From: an uncultured Gammaproteobacteria bacterium
Lineage (GTDB): Bacteria; Patescibacteriota; Patescibacteriia; SG8-24; DYFX01
Direction: 5' to 3'
DNA length: 59,815 nt
Assembly (NCBI GenBank): GCA_964532415.1
Contig: CAZHHN010000004.1
Span: forward strand, 1 to 59,815
Shown here in pieces: positions 1 through 8,733 of the stretch. A program made the position numbers and the translations under genes. The notes below the pieces were generated by a model, which had not been told where the DNA came from, searched no databases, and saw nothing but the letters and a program-made list of their open reading frames with translations. Each line of letters opens with the position of its first letter. The first letter of the stretch is position 1.

Positions 1-506
1 GCGGCACCGTGTCGCTTCCTCATGGCACCGGTAAAACGAAGAAAGTCGCCGTGTTCGTGAGCGACGCCGAAAAAGAAAAAGAGGCGAAAGACGCCGGCGC
101 GGAGCTGGTCGGCGGCGAAGAACTCATCGCGCAGATCGCCTCGAGCGGCAAATGCGATTTTGAAATCGCCGTCGCGTCGCCGGACATGATGCCGAAGATG
201 GCCAAGGTCGCGAAGGTGCTCGGTCCGAAAGGCCTGATGCCCAACCCGAAATCCGAAACGGTCGGCACCAACGTCACCAAGATGGTCTCGGAGCTCAAGA
301 AGGGCAAGCTCGCCTTCAAGAACGACGACTATGGCATCGTCCACACCATTCTCGGCAAGGTTTCCTTCGATGCCAAACAGCTGGCCGAAAATTACGAAGC
401 GCTGCTCGAAGCCATTCGCAAGGCCAAGCCCTCGTCCTCGAAAGGCGTCTATCTGAAGAACGTCACCGTCGCCTCGACGATGGGTCCGGCCATCCGGACG
501 ATCTGA
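1..506 (+). CDS. rplA: 50S ribosomal protein L1, C-terminal part (5' end cut by window edge)
   Basis: The frame is open to the window edge. The translation (GTGKTKKVAVF...PDMMPKMAKVAKVLGPKGLMPNPKSETVG...VYLKNVTVASTMGP) matches the conserved L1 core. Stop TGA at 504-506. Confidence 0.9.
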   Translation, partial: GTVSLPHGTGKTKKVAVFVSDAEKEKEAKDAGAELVGGEELIAQIASSGKCDFEIAVASPDMMPKMAKVAKVLGPKGLMPNPKSETVGTNVTKMVSELKKGKLAFKNDDYGIVHTILGKVSFDAKQLAENYEALLEAIRKAKPSSSKGVYLKNVTVASTMGPAIRTI

Positions 507-512
507 ATGCGG

Positions 513-545
513 CGACCGGCCCGTGCCCCGGGCCGGTTTTCGTTC
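513..545 (+). terminator. Intrinsic terminator after rplA
   Basis: GC-rich hairpin GACCGGCCC/GGGCCGGT followed by TTTTCGTT. Confidence 0.6.
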
Positions 546-587
546 TCACTTGCGGGGAGCGCGCGGACACGTTAGGGTTGTAGCACT

Positions 588-1097
588 ATGAGCACCCACC
601 CGCAGCGTCCATCCTGGGACGACTATTTCATGAGCATCGCCAAGATCGTGGCGACGCGCGGCACCTGCAACCGGCTCCAAGTCGGGGCGGTGCTGGTCAA
701 GGACAAGCGCATCATCGCGACCGGCTACAATGGCGCGCCGCCCGGCATGCCGCACTGCGACGGTCCGGCCGGCCATCAGATGGAGGACAACCATTGCATC
801 CGGACGGTCCATGCCGAAGAGAACTGCGTCCTCCAGGCGGCCTTCATGGGCGGCTTCAGCACGGTCGGTGCCACGCTCTACACCACCCACTCGCCCTGCC
901 ATCACTGCTTCAAAGCGGTCGCTTCGGCTGGGGTCGCGCGCATCGTGGCCGGCGCCAACTACCAGTCCCCGGCCGTTCTCGAAGCGCAGGCATCCGCCAG
1001 GCTCGCTTTTGACTATTACCAGCCGCCGCGCGAATGGACCGAACGCTTGGCCGAAGCCTTCAGGACACCGCTCGAAAATTACGTTTCGCAGGCATGA
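588..1097 (+). CDS. dCMP deaminase (ComEB/CDA-fold zinc deaminase)
   Basis: Carries the HAE...PCxxC zinc-deaminase motifs (VHAEENCV, SPCHHCFKA). N-terminus SWDDYFMSIAKIVATRGTC is typical of dCMP deaminases. Confidence 0.85.
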   Translation: MSTHPQRPSWDDYFMSIAKIVATRGTCNRLQVGAVLVKDKRIIATGYNGAPPGMPHCDGPAGHQMEDNHCIRTVHAEENCVLQAAFMGGFSTVGATLYTTHSPCHHCFKAVASAGVARIVAGANYQSPAVLEAQASARLAFDYYQPPREWTERLAEAFRTPLENYVSQA

Positions 1098-1696
1098 ACA
1101 AGATCGTGATCGGCATCATCGGCAAGGCCGCATCGGGCAAAGGCACGGTCGGAAAGTATCTTGAAGATAAATACGGCGCGGTGCCGTTCGTGTTTTCGAA
1201 GTCGATGAAAGACTGCCTGAAAAGGCTGCATCTGCCGCTTTCCCGCGAGAACCTGACGGCCTTTTCGGAATTGACGCGCAAAACCTTCGGCGATGATCTC
1301 TATGCCAAAGTCATCGCCGAAGATTGCAAGGAGTCGGATGCGCCGATGGTTTCGGTCGACGGCATCCGCCGGATGACCGACATGACGATCCTGAAAACGC
1401 TGCCGGGCTTCCACACCATTTACGTGACGGCGCCGGTCGAGCTGCGCTGGCAGCGAGCGCGGGCGCGCGGCGAAAAGGCCAACGAGGCCAACATGACGCT
1501 CGAGCAGTTCAAAGCCGAGGAGCTGCTGCCGACCGAAGTCACGATCGGCCAGGTCGGCGATCGGGCCGAGTTCAGCGTCGTGAACGACGGCAGCTTCGAC
1601 GAGCTCTACACGTCCTTGGAATCGATCGTCGAATACATCAAAGCCGGCGATTTCGACCATCCGCATCCGCACCGGAATCGGCTGGATCCTCAATAG
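1094..1696 (+). CDS. P-loop nucleoside/deoxynucleoside monophosphate kinase-like protein
   Basis: The ATG at 1094 overlaps the deaminase stop (ATGA), suggesting translational coupling. Walker A motif GIIGKAASGKGT. Specificity is not assignable from sequence alone. Confidence 0.6.
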   Translation: MNKIVIGIIGKAASGKGTVGKYLEDKYGAVPFVFSKSMKDCLKRLHLPLSRENLTAFSELTRKTFGDDLYAKVIAEDCKESDAPMVSVDGIRRMTDMTILKTLPGFHTIYVTAPVELRWQRARARGEKANEANMTLEQFKAEELLPTEVTIGQVGDRAEFSVVNDGSFDELYTSLESIVEYIKAGDFDHPHPHRNRLDPQ

Positions 1697-1720
1697 AAGA
1701 TTATTCCGTTTACACGCTCC

Positions 1721-2356
1721 ATGCGCACACGACCGTTCGCGTATGCCTTGGCCGCGCTCGCCCTGATCGGCGCCGGCTGCCGGCCTGTCATTACGAGCCA
1801 GGTTCCTCCAGCACCCGAACCGGCGCCAGTCCAAGAAGGATATGCCGTATCCCCAGCCGCCTCGCAACCGCCCGCAGAACCGGTAACCGTCCCGCAGGCC
1901 GAAGAAAATTCGGGAACGTCCACGCGTGCTTTCGGCTTCATCAAGGCCATCACGCACGAGGAAGGAAAGACGTACGTCACGTTCGATAACGCCGAACTCT
2001 TCACGAATGAGTCAGCGGCCCGTGCCGCGCACGAAGACGGCAAGTGCACTGACGAGCAGTTCGCCTCCGGCAGTTGTTTCTCAGACAATGTGTATATCCG
2101 CGACAAGGACGCGTCAACGCAAAAGCTCGAGGTTTCCGCAATGGCGCAAGTTGTGACGTTGCATTACGATCCCTCGGGCCGCTATGAAGAAGCTGGTCGC
2201 CTAGTCGGCATCCGCGACGAGAAAACTGTTTCGTTCCGGGAGTTCGAGAAAATTTATGTCGGACTCGGGAATGGCGGGTATAATGTGGCCACTCCCTATC
2301 ACCTGACGATCAAGGAGGGAAAGGTCGTGAAGATTGAACAGCAATACGTCGCCTGA
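1721..2356 (+). CDS. Hypothetical lipoprotein
   Basis: Signal peptide with lipobox (ALALIGAGC) followed by a Pro/Ala-rich linker. No recognisable domain. Confidence 0.6.
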   Translation: MRTRPFAYALAALALIGAGCRPVITSQVPPAPEPAPVQEGYAVSPAASQPPAEPVTVPQAEENSGTSTRAFGFIKAITHEEGKTYVTFDNAELFTNESAARAAHEDGKCTDEQFASGSCFSDNVYIRDKDASTQKLEVSAMAQVVTLHYDPSGRYEEAGRLVGIRDEKTVSFREFEKIYVGLGNGGYNVATPYHLTIKEGKVVKIEQQYVA

Positions 2357-2359
2357 TCA

Positions 2360-2788
2360 ATGCGCGTCCGTATCTCCAAAACCCGGCCCGACGCGATCAT
2401 CCCCGACTACAAAACGCCCAGCGCCTGCTGTTTTGACCTGCATTGCCTCGAGGAGGCGACGCTCGCGCCCGGCGAGATCGCCGACCTGCCGACCGGCCTG
2501 ATCTTGGCCGTGCCGGAAGGCTACATGCTCATGGTCGCGCCGCGCTCTTCCACGCCGAAGAAAGGCGTGCACATGCCGCACGGCATCGGCATCATCGACC
2601 AGGATTTCTGCGGACCGGAAGACGAGCTGCGGGTGCGCGTCCGCAATTTCACCGATGCGCCGATCGAGATCCGAAAGGGCGACCGGCTCTGCCAAGCCGG
2701 CTTCGTCCGTGTCGATCGGGCCGAGTGGGAAGAAGGCCCGCCGCTCGCCTCCGCGAATCGCGGCGGCTTCGGATCGACCGGAAACTGA
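2360..2788 (+). CDS. dut: dUTP diphosphatase (dUTPase)
   Basis: 142 aa with dUTPase-like motifs (CFDL, APRSS, GIIDQDFCG, GGFGSTG at the C-terminus). Confidence 0.85.
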   Translation: MRVRISKTRPDAIIPDYKTPSACCFDLHCLEEATLAPGEIADLPTGLILAVPEGYMLMVAPRSSTPKKGVHMPHGIGIIDQDFCGPEDELRVRVRNFTDAPIEIRKGDRLCQAGFVRVDRAEWEEGPPLASANRGGFGSTGN

Positions 2789-2816
2789 AAAAATCGCTCT
2801 CCCGAGCGATTTTTTC
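2787..2816 (+). terminator. Intrinsic terminator after dut
   Basis: Hairpin AAAAAATCGCTC-TCCC-GAGCGATTTTTT, with A and T tracts on both sides. Confidence 0.6.
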
Positions 2817-2874
2817 ATCCACAGGCGCAGCCCACGCGATCGGGATAAGATTGGGACACTCATCCACACCCCCT

Positions 2875-4563
2875 ATGCCACGCTTCACCGACGAGGAGAA
2901 AGCCCTGCTCGCGCCGTATGTGACCGATACCGAGGGAGACATTTTCGCGGTGCAGAACCTGCAGGGCATCGTCGGCGCCGTCTACGCGCGCTACAGCCGG
3001 GCGCAGGGCGGCTTCCGGGAGACGCTCCTGAAGGAATTCGTGAAGGACGGCAACATCGACGTCAAAAAGGCCGGCGACCTGATCGAACGCGTGCTGATCG
3101 CCTTCGGCGACGATTCGGTCGGGGAACTTGAAGGCTTGCACGTCTCGTTCGAGAACATCTCGACCCTGGCAACCAAGGAAATCGAAGACCGGCGCATCGG
3201 CGGCTCCCCGATCGAACAATCCACCCGCTACGTCTTTTACGACATGCGCGGCGACGACGGCAACTTCCGCTATTACCGCGATCCGGCCGTCATGGCTTCG
3301 CCGCACGCCCAGACCTACGTCGAGACGATGGACTTCATCTTCGAGACGTACCGCGACCTGATCGAACCGATGAAGGCCTACTACCAAAACCTCAAGCCGC
3401 TCGAAGAAGCCGCCTACGACGTAGTCGGCGACGGGGTGAAACGCCGCTGGAGCGAGCTGACGGACGACAAGCATTTCAAGTCCTTCAAGATCACCTACGC
3501 CGCCGACATCCGCGCCAAAGCCTGCGACACGCTGCGCGCCCTGCTGCCGCTTGCCACGCTCACCAACGTCGGCATCTTCGGCAACGGCCGCTTCTTCCAG
3601 ACGGTGCTGACGCATTGCTATTCTTCGCATATCCCGGAAGTCCGCGGCATCGCCGAACGCACCCACGCGCAGCTCGAAAAGAGCATGCCGCACTACGTGA
3701 AGCGCGCCAAGCCGAATACCTACGCCACGAAGGTGCATGAGCAGATGGCCGCGCTCGCGACGCGCCTGTTCGCCGATGTCGCGCCCGAGCACGGAGCGGA
3801 CGTGGACTTGCTCGGCCGCGCCGTCTGCGTCATCGCCGAGGCGTGCAAGGACAAGCCCGGCGACGCGGATGCGCTCCACGCCGCCATGATGCACGAGGAG
3901 GACACGCTCACGATCGCGCAGATGCTCTATCCGTATCTTTCCCATCCGCTCAGCCAGATCCGCGGGAAGGTCCGCAGCCTGCCGGAAGAGGCGCGCCAGG
4001 AAATCATCGCCGCCTATCTCGGCGACCGCAAGACGCGCCGTGATCGTCCCGGTCGCGCGCTCGAATCGGGCTATCCGTACACCTTCGACCTGGTGGCCGA
4101 TTACGGCACCTATAAGGACCTGCAGCGCCATCGCATGCTGACGCAATCGCGCCAGGCCTTCACGCCCGAACTCGGTTTCCGGGTGCCGGAGGACTTGGTG
4201 CGGGCCGGCTTCGAAGCCCGCGCCCGGGAATGCGCCGAAAAATCGCTCGCCCTCTACCGTCTGCTGGAAAAGGATCTGCCGTCGGGCATCGCTTCGTATG
4301 CCGTGCTGCACGGTGCGGAGGTCCGCTGGTGCATCGGCATCAACGACCGGGCCCTGATGCATATGATCGAGTTACGCACCACGCCGCAAGGGCACCCTTC
4401 CTACCGCCGGCTCTGCCAGCAGATGCACAAAGCCGTCGCGGCCCGCAGCGCCTGGCGCGGCGAAGCCATGAAATTCGCCGATCACGGCGACTACTTCTGG
4501 AGCCGCGCCGATTCCGAAGCCAAACAGCGCGTCAAGGAAGCCGCGCTCGAGGCCAAAGCCTGA
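2875..4563 (+). CDS. thyX: FAD-dependent thymidylate synthase ThyX-like, long form (562 aa)
   Basis: Start chosen at MPRFTDEEK, in frame with the 2443 ORF, whose upstream part overlaps dut and the terminator. Has an RHR motif (LQRHRMLTQSRQ) and an N-terminal YARYSR motif. Sits between dut and tmk. Confidence 0.65.
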   Translation: MPRFTDEEKALLAPYVTDTEGDIFAVQNLQGIVGAVYARYSRAQGGFRETLLKEFVKDGNIDVKKAGDLIERVLIAFGDDSVGELEGLHVSFENISTLATKEIEDRRIGGSPIEQSTRYVFYDMRGDDGNFRYYRDPAVMASPHAQTYVETMDFIFETYRDLIEPMKAYYQNLKPLEEAAYDVVGDGVKRRWSELTDDKHFKSFKITYAADIRAKACDTLRALLPLATLTNVGIFGNGRFFQTVLTHCYSSHIPEVRGIAERTHAQLEKSMPHYVKRAKPNTYATKVHEQMAALATRLFADVAPEHGADVDLLGRAVCVIAEACKDKPGDADALHAAMMHEEDTLTIAQMLYPYLSHPLSQIRGKVRSLPEEARQEIIAAYLGDRKTRRDRPGRALESGYPYTFDLVADYGTYKDLQRHRMLTQSRQAFTPELGFRVPEDLVRAGFEARARECAEKSLALYRLLEKDLPSGIASYAVLHGAEVRWCIGINDRALMHMIELRTTPQGHPSYRRLCQQMHKAVAARSAWRGEAMKFADHGDYFWSRADSEAKQRVKEAALEAKA

Positions 4564-4565
4564 AT

Positions 4566-5255
4566 ATGCGCGGCACCTTCATCGCCATCGAAGGCGGCGA
4601 CGGCGCGGGCAAAGCGACCCAGACGAAACTCGCAATTGAACGTTTGCAGGGTTTGGGACATGCGGTTGCCGGACTCGGATTCCCCCGCTACGGACAGGGC
4701 TCGGCCGTGATGGTCGAGAAATTCCTCCGGGGGGAATTCGGTTCTCCCGCCGACGTCAGTCCCTATGCCATTTCAAGCTACTATGCGATTGACCGCTACG
4801 CGGCCGCTGCAGAAATACGCGCCCATCTCGCCTCCGGCACGATCGTCGTGACCGACCGCTATTGGATGTCGAACCTCGCCTATCAGAGCATCAAGGTTCC
4901 GGAAGCCGACCGGGAGTCGTTCGTCGCCTGGCTTGACGACTACGAATATATCCGCCTCGGGATTCCCCGACCGGACCTGACGATCGTGCTCGGAGCGCCG
5001 GTGGCTGCCCGCGATGCCAATGTGCTCAAAAAGGAAGACCGCGCCTATCTGCAGGGCGCCCGCCAGGACGTGAACGAAAAAGACGGAACGATGCAGGAAC
5101 GCGTCGAAGCCGCCTACCGGCACTACGCGCGGCGCCTGCCGAATCACGTGCTGGTCGACTGCTCCGCGCCCGACGGTGGTCTGCATCCCGTCGAAGTCTG
5201 CCACGATCTCGTCTGGACGGAAATTTCCAAAGCGCTCGAATGCCAACCCGCCTGA
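4566..5255 (+). CDS. tmk: Thymidylate kinase
   Basis: Start at MRGTFIAIEGGDGAGKATQ (P-loop), 2 nt after the thyX stop. DRY motif (VTDRYWMSNLAYQ). Confidence 0.9.
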   Translation: MRGTFIAIEGGDGAGKATQTKLAIERLQGLGHAVAGLGFPRYGQGSAVMVEKFLRGEFGSPADVSPYAISSYYAIDRYAAAAEIRAHLASGTIVVTDRYWMSNLAYQSIKVPEADRESFVAWLDDYEYIRLGIPRPDLTIVLGAPVAARDANVLKKEDRAYLQGARQDVNEKDGTMQERVEAAYRHYARRLPNHVLVDCSAPDGGLHPVEVCHDLVWTEISKALECQPA

Positions 5256-5263
5256 CCGAAACG

Positions 5264-5293
5264 GAAGCCCGGCCTTGACGGCCGGGCTTTTCT
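5264..5293 (+). terminator. Intrinsic terminator after tmk
   Basis: Hairpin GAAGCCCGGCC-TTGAC-GGCCGGGCTT followed by TTTCTC. Confidence 0.6.
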
Positions 5294-5330
5294 CATCCTA
5301 GGATGCGGCATCGCGATAAGGAGGTTCGTC

Positions 5331-5906
5331 ATGTTCCAAGCCCTGCTCTTTCCCTTACGGTGGCTGGATGCGTTCATCCAAAAGCGCTTCGATGCCGTCT
5401 GTTTCTTTTTGATGCGGCGTTTCGGCTGGCGGAAATCCCACATCCGCTACAGCCTCTACGCGCTGCTGACCACGAGCTCGGCGGCCCAGTACGTCATGGG
5501 GTTCGTCTGGGGCAGACGTGACCCGATTTCCGTTGTTTACACCATTATGATCATTGCCCTGTTCGTCTCCGTGCAGAATGGCCACCGACGGCAAGACGAG
5601 GCCGCGGAAGCCTCGCCTGGCACGATGCCGAGCACGGACAGCGACATGCTGAAAAATAGTGCCGTCTTCAAGCTTATGCTTGCCGCTGCGCTCGTCTACT
5701 TTGCCCTGCGCTTCGACGTGCCGTCGGAGGCGCAGATAAAGCTCGGTTGGACGGCTTCACAGACGAAGTTCGTCTCGGCCGGCGCGCTCGGCTTTTACCT
5801 TGCCCTGCTCCTTCTCGAGTATCTCATCCGTACTCCCATGAACCCTCCGGCTGAAAAGGCGCGTGACGCCGTTCTCGGCCCCAAGCCCACCCCCTCCGCC
5901 TCGTAA
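5331..5906 (+). CDS. Hypothetical multi-pass membrane protein
   Basis: Several hydrophobic segments. Followed by hairpin GCCTCG-TAAG-CCGAGGC plus a T7 tract at 5897-5923. Confidence 0.55.
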   Translation: MFQALLFPLRWLDAFIQKRFDAVCFFLMRRFGWRKSHIRYSLYALLTTSSAAQYVMGFVWGRRDPISVVYTIMIIALFVSVQNGHRRQDEAAEASPGTMPSTDSDMLKNSAVFKLMLAAALVYFALRFDVPSEAQIKLGWTASQTKFVSAGALGFYLALLLLEYLIRTPMNPPAEKARDAVLGPKPTPSAS

Positions 5907-5953
5907 GCCGAGGCCTTTTTTTATGCCCGAACGCCTGCTAGGATGGCCATACT

Positions 5954-7489
5954 ATGACCCTCGAGCCCGTCATCGGCCTGGAAATCCACGTCCAGCTCAA
6001 AACCGCATCGAAAATGTTCTGCGGCTGCGACAACCGCGCCGAGGACGCGCCGCCCAACACCGCCGTCTGCCCGGTCTGCATGGGCCATCCGGGCACGCTG
6101 CCGGTCGCCAACCGGCAGGCGGTCGGGTTCGGCGTGCTGGCATCGCTGGCGCTCGGCTGCCGCATCACTCCGCAGTCGAAGTTCGACCGGAAAAACTATT
6201 TCTATCCCGACCTGCCGAAGGGCTACCAGATTTCGCAGTTCGACCGGCCGGTCGGCACAGGCGGCCGCATCACGCTGGAGAACCCTTTCGCCGCCGATGG
6301 CGAACGGAAAACGTTCACGATCGGCATCACGCGCCTGCATCTCGAAGAGGACGCCGCCAAACTGCAGCACGCCGGCGACGGCCAGTCCTCGCTGGTGGAT
6401 TTCAACCGGGCCGGCACGCCGCTGGCGGAAATCGTGACTGAACCCGATTTCGCTTCCCCGTCCGAAGCCAAGGCCTTCCTGCAGGAACTCCGGCTGATCA
6501 TGCGCACGCTCGGCGTCTCGGACGCCGATATGGAAAAGGGCCATCTGCGCTGCGACGCCAACGTCAGCCTGCGCCAGGTCATCGACGATCCGGCCATCGA
6601 AACGGAATCGGTCGCGCGCTTCAATCCCAAAACCGAAATCAAGAATCTCAATTCTTTCAAGTCCGCCGAGCGCGCGCTGGAATACGAAATCCTGCGCCAG
6701 ACGAAGCTCTGGGAAGCGGGCGCGCCGCCGATGCAGACGACGACGCGGGGCTGGGACGACGGGCGACAGATCACGGTCGAGCAGCGCGTGAAGGAAGACT
6801 CGGCCGACTACCGCTATTTCCCGGAACCGGATCTGCCACCGCTCGAACTCGCCGGGATCGAGATGGCCGTCCGCCAGAAGATGCCGGAACTGCCCGAAGC
6901 CAGGCGCGCCCGCTTCCGTGAGGAGTACGCCTTCTCCCCCGCCGACGCCAAGCAGATCGTCGAGAATCCCTTTCTGGCCGGCTGGGTCGAACGGGTGATG
7001 TCCGAGCTGCGCGAATGGCTCGCCGCGACGGGTGAAAAGGAGGCCTGGGACGCCCACAAGCCGAAGTTCGCAAAATTGGTTTCCGGCTGGCTGCTCTCCA
7101 AGATGTTCGGCCTGATGGCCGAGATGGGCGCCGACATCCGCATCGCCAAGGTCACGCCCGAAAACTTCGCAGAATTCCTGACGCTGCTGCATCTCGGCAG
7201 GATCAACAGCACCGCCGCGCAGGAAGTGCTGCGTGCCATGCTCGAATCCGGACAGGATCCCTCGCAGATCGTGGACGAGCGCGGACTCGAGCAGGTGTCG
7301 GACGTGGGCGACCTGGAACTGGCCTGCGACAACGCCATCCTGGCGAACGGCAAAGTCGTCGCCGACTACAAAGCCGGCAGGCAAGCTGCTATTATGTTCT
7401 TGGTAGGCCAAGTCATGCGGGAAACCAAAGGCAAGGCCAAACCGGAGCTGGTCCGGGAAATCCTCGAGGCGAAATTGGGAAAACTTTAA
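5954..7489 (+). CDS. gatB: Asp-tRNA(Asn)/Glu-tRNA(Gln) amidotransferase subunit B
   Basis: N-terminus EPVIGLEIHVQLKTASKMFCGC and DFNRAGTPLAEIVTEPD are typical GatB. 511 aa. Confidence 0.95.
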   Translation: MTLEPVIGLEIHVQLKTASKMFCGCDNRAEDAPPNTAVCPVCMGHPGTLPVANRQAVGFGVLASLALGCRITPQSKFDRKNYFYPDLPKGYQISQFDRPVGTGGRITLENPFAADGERKTFTIGITRLHLEEDAAKLQHAGDGQSSLVDFNRAGTPLAEIVTEPDFASPSEAKAFLQELRLIMRTLGVSDADMEKGHLRCDANVSLRQVIDDPAIETESVARFNPKTEIKNLNSFKSAERALEYEILRQTKLWEAGAPPMQTTTRGWDDGRQITVEQRVKEDSADYRYFPEPDLPPLELAGIEMAVRQKMPELPEARRARFREEYAFSPADAKQIVENPFLAGWVERVMSELREWLAATGEKEAWDAHKPKFAKLVSGWLLSKMFGLMAEMGADIRIAKVTPENFAEFLTLLHLGRINSTAAQEVLRAMLESGQDPSQIVDERGLEQVSDVGDLELACDNAILANGKVVADYKAGRQAAIMFLVGQVMRETKGKAKPELVREILEAKLGKL

Positions 7490-7500
7490 CCAGAAACCGT

Positions 7501-8244
7501 ATGTGCGCCGCTTTCGAACAACCGCCCGTCAGTCTGTCAAAAAAACGCGGAGGAAATCCCCGTCCCGCTCGTCCCGTATCTTTAGCGGAGGGCAGCGGGG
7601 TGTGGGAGAAGCCCAAACCAACTCTTGAGGCTCCGGTGGAGCTGCACGAGGTGTTGGCGAATCTCGAAGATCAACGGCGGGGAACCGCAGCGCGGACCGA
7701 GAGGACGTTGGAACCGGCCCATTCCACACGCAAAACCGAAAAGATGGCAGCAGTCACTGGGATGGACGCACGGGAGGAAGAACCTCAGGCTTTGACGTCG
7801 GAAGCGCAATTGATTAAAAAGTCGCCCACGCTCGATGCCGCTCAGCATGCCGATCTCGTCGAGGCCGTTCACGCCGCCAACGCAGGAGCTGAGGTGCTCG
7901 GTGAAGACGATCTCGAAGAAATCACCGAAGGTGAAGCTCAAACGATCGAGGCCAAAAAAATCGTGGCGGACGTGAGCCATCGGGCCGCCGCCGAACGACG
8001 AGCAGACATCGAGGCCCGACATGCTGAAGGAGATCGGGCTTGGAAAGCGGAAACTGCCGCCTCCGGCCAAAATCAGCCGCTGCTAAGCACGGCCGAACGG
8101 CAACGCCTCGATGATTTCCGCACTCGGAGAACCGCACAGGCAGTAAGGGAGGCCGCGGTGACGCCGGCATCCGGCTCGGAACGACTGCCCGGGCAAAAGA
8201 AGAAAGCCAGCCTATTGAGCTGGGTAAGGAGTTGGTTCAAATAA
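7501..8244 (+). CDS. Hypothetical acidic, probably disordered protein
   Basis: Only long ORF here. Followed by a strong terminator. No recognisable domain, and the start is uncertain. Confidence 0.4.
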   Translation: MCAAFEQPPVSLSKKRGGNPRPARPVSLAEGSGVWEKPKPTLEAPVELHEVLANLEDQRRGTAARTERTLEPAHSTRKTEKMAAVTGMDAREEEPQALTSEAQLIKKSPTLDAAQHADLVEAVHAANAGAEVLGEDDLEEITEGEAQTIEAKKIVADVSHRAAAERRADIEARHAEGDRAWKAETAASGQNQPLLSTAERQRLDDFRTRRTAQAVREAAVTPASGSERLPGQKKKASLLSWVRSWFK

Positions 8245-8247
8245 ACA

Positions 8248-8282
8248 GGTAAACCCCGTTCGCAACCAGCGAACGGGGTTTT
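8248..8282. terminator. Bidirectional intrinsic terminator
   Basis: AAACCCCGTTCGC-AACCA-GCGAACGGGGTTT, flanked by A tract and T tract. Serves the plus-strand ORF 7501-8244 and the minus-strand sRNA candidate. Confidence 0.6.
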
Positions 8283-8407
8283 TCCGGCACAGGGCCGCAG
8301 GGGGTTACGGACGACCGTCCCGGCAAGCCGGAACGCCCATCCCTGAGAAAATTCCCTGAGGCGTGAGAAGTAGCCCTTGGAAACCCCCCTGCAGCCCTCT
8401 GCCGGAC
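8283..8407 (-). ncRNA. Candidate structured small RNA of unknown family
   Basis: The 5' and 3' ends form a 22-position helix: 21 pairs including one G-U, plus one G-G mismatch. Internal hairpins are CCGG-CUUG-CCGG, GGAC-GGUC-GUCC and ACGCC/GGCGU. It has its own promoter upstream and a terminator downstream, and no credible ORF. Confidence 0.45.
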
Positions 8408-8413
8408 TGGGGG

Positions 8414-8442
8414 ATTCTATCATCGCGGAAAAATATGGTCAA
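8414..8442 (-). promoter_or_regulatory. Sigma70-like promoter for the sRNA candidate
   Basis: On the minus strand: TTGACC (8442-8437), a 17-nt spacer, then TAGAAT (8419-8414). Confidence 0.5.
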
Positions 8443-8456
8443 TCGGACTTCATCCA

Positions 8457-8487
8457 CAAAAAATCCCGCCGAAAGGCGGGATTTTTT
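8457..8487. terminator. Bidirectional intrinsic terminator (ends the DUF5679-like gene)
   Basis: AAAAAATCCCGCC-GAAA-GGCGGGATTTTTT. Confidence 0.6.
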
Positions 8488-8494
8488 GGCCGAT

Positions 8495-8665
8495 TCAAGC
8501 GGTCTTGGACGGCAGGATCTTGAAGATACCCGTGCCACACTCCGCGCAGACGCCTTTGAGGGCCGGGCGCGTCTTGCCGCCCTTGGCCTTCATCTGGACC
8601 TCTTGGGCATCCTTGATTTCGCGCTTGGCCTTGCATTTGACGCAATACCCCGTAACGGGTTCCAT
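8495..8665 (-). CDS. Small zinc-ribbon protein (DUF5679-like)
   Basis: 56 aa, MEPVTGYCVKCKAKREIK...KGVCAECGTGIFKIL, with two CxxC pairs. Start taken at the internal ATG because the longer ORF overlaps the miaA 3' end. Confidence 0.65.
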   Translation of the reverse strand: MEPVTGYCVKCKAKREIKDAQEVQMKAKGGKTRPALKGVCAECGTGIFKILPSKTA

Positions 8666-8733
8666 ACGCTGAAGGTTAAGAATCCTGAGCCCATAGTAGC
8701 AAAAAATGTGCTTCTTGAAAAGGCCAGATCGCA

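Noticed and set aside
2443-2874. N-terminal 144-codon extension of the thyX ORF.
   Set aside because: It overlaps the dut coding region in another frame and crosses the dut terminator hairpin. The recognisable protein begins at MPRFTDEEK (2875).
8283-8407. Assigning the structured sRNA to SRP (4.5S) RNA or 6S RNA.
   Set aside because: I could not find the conserved helix-8 features (a GNAR tetraloop closed by the GGAA/AGCAGC-type loops). There is also no large central bubble typical of 6S. The element is left as unknown family.
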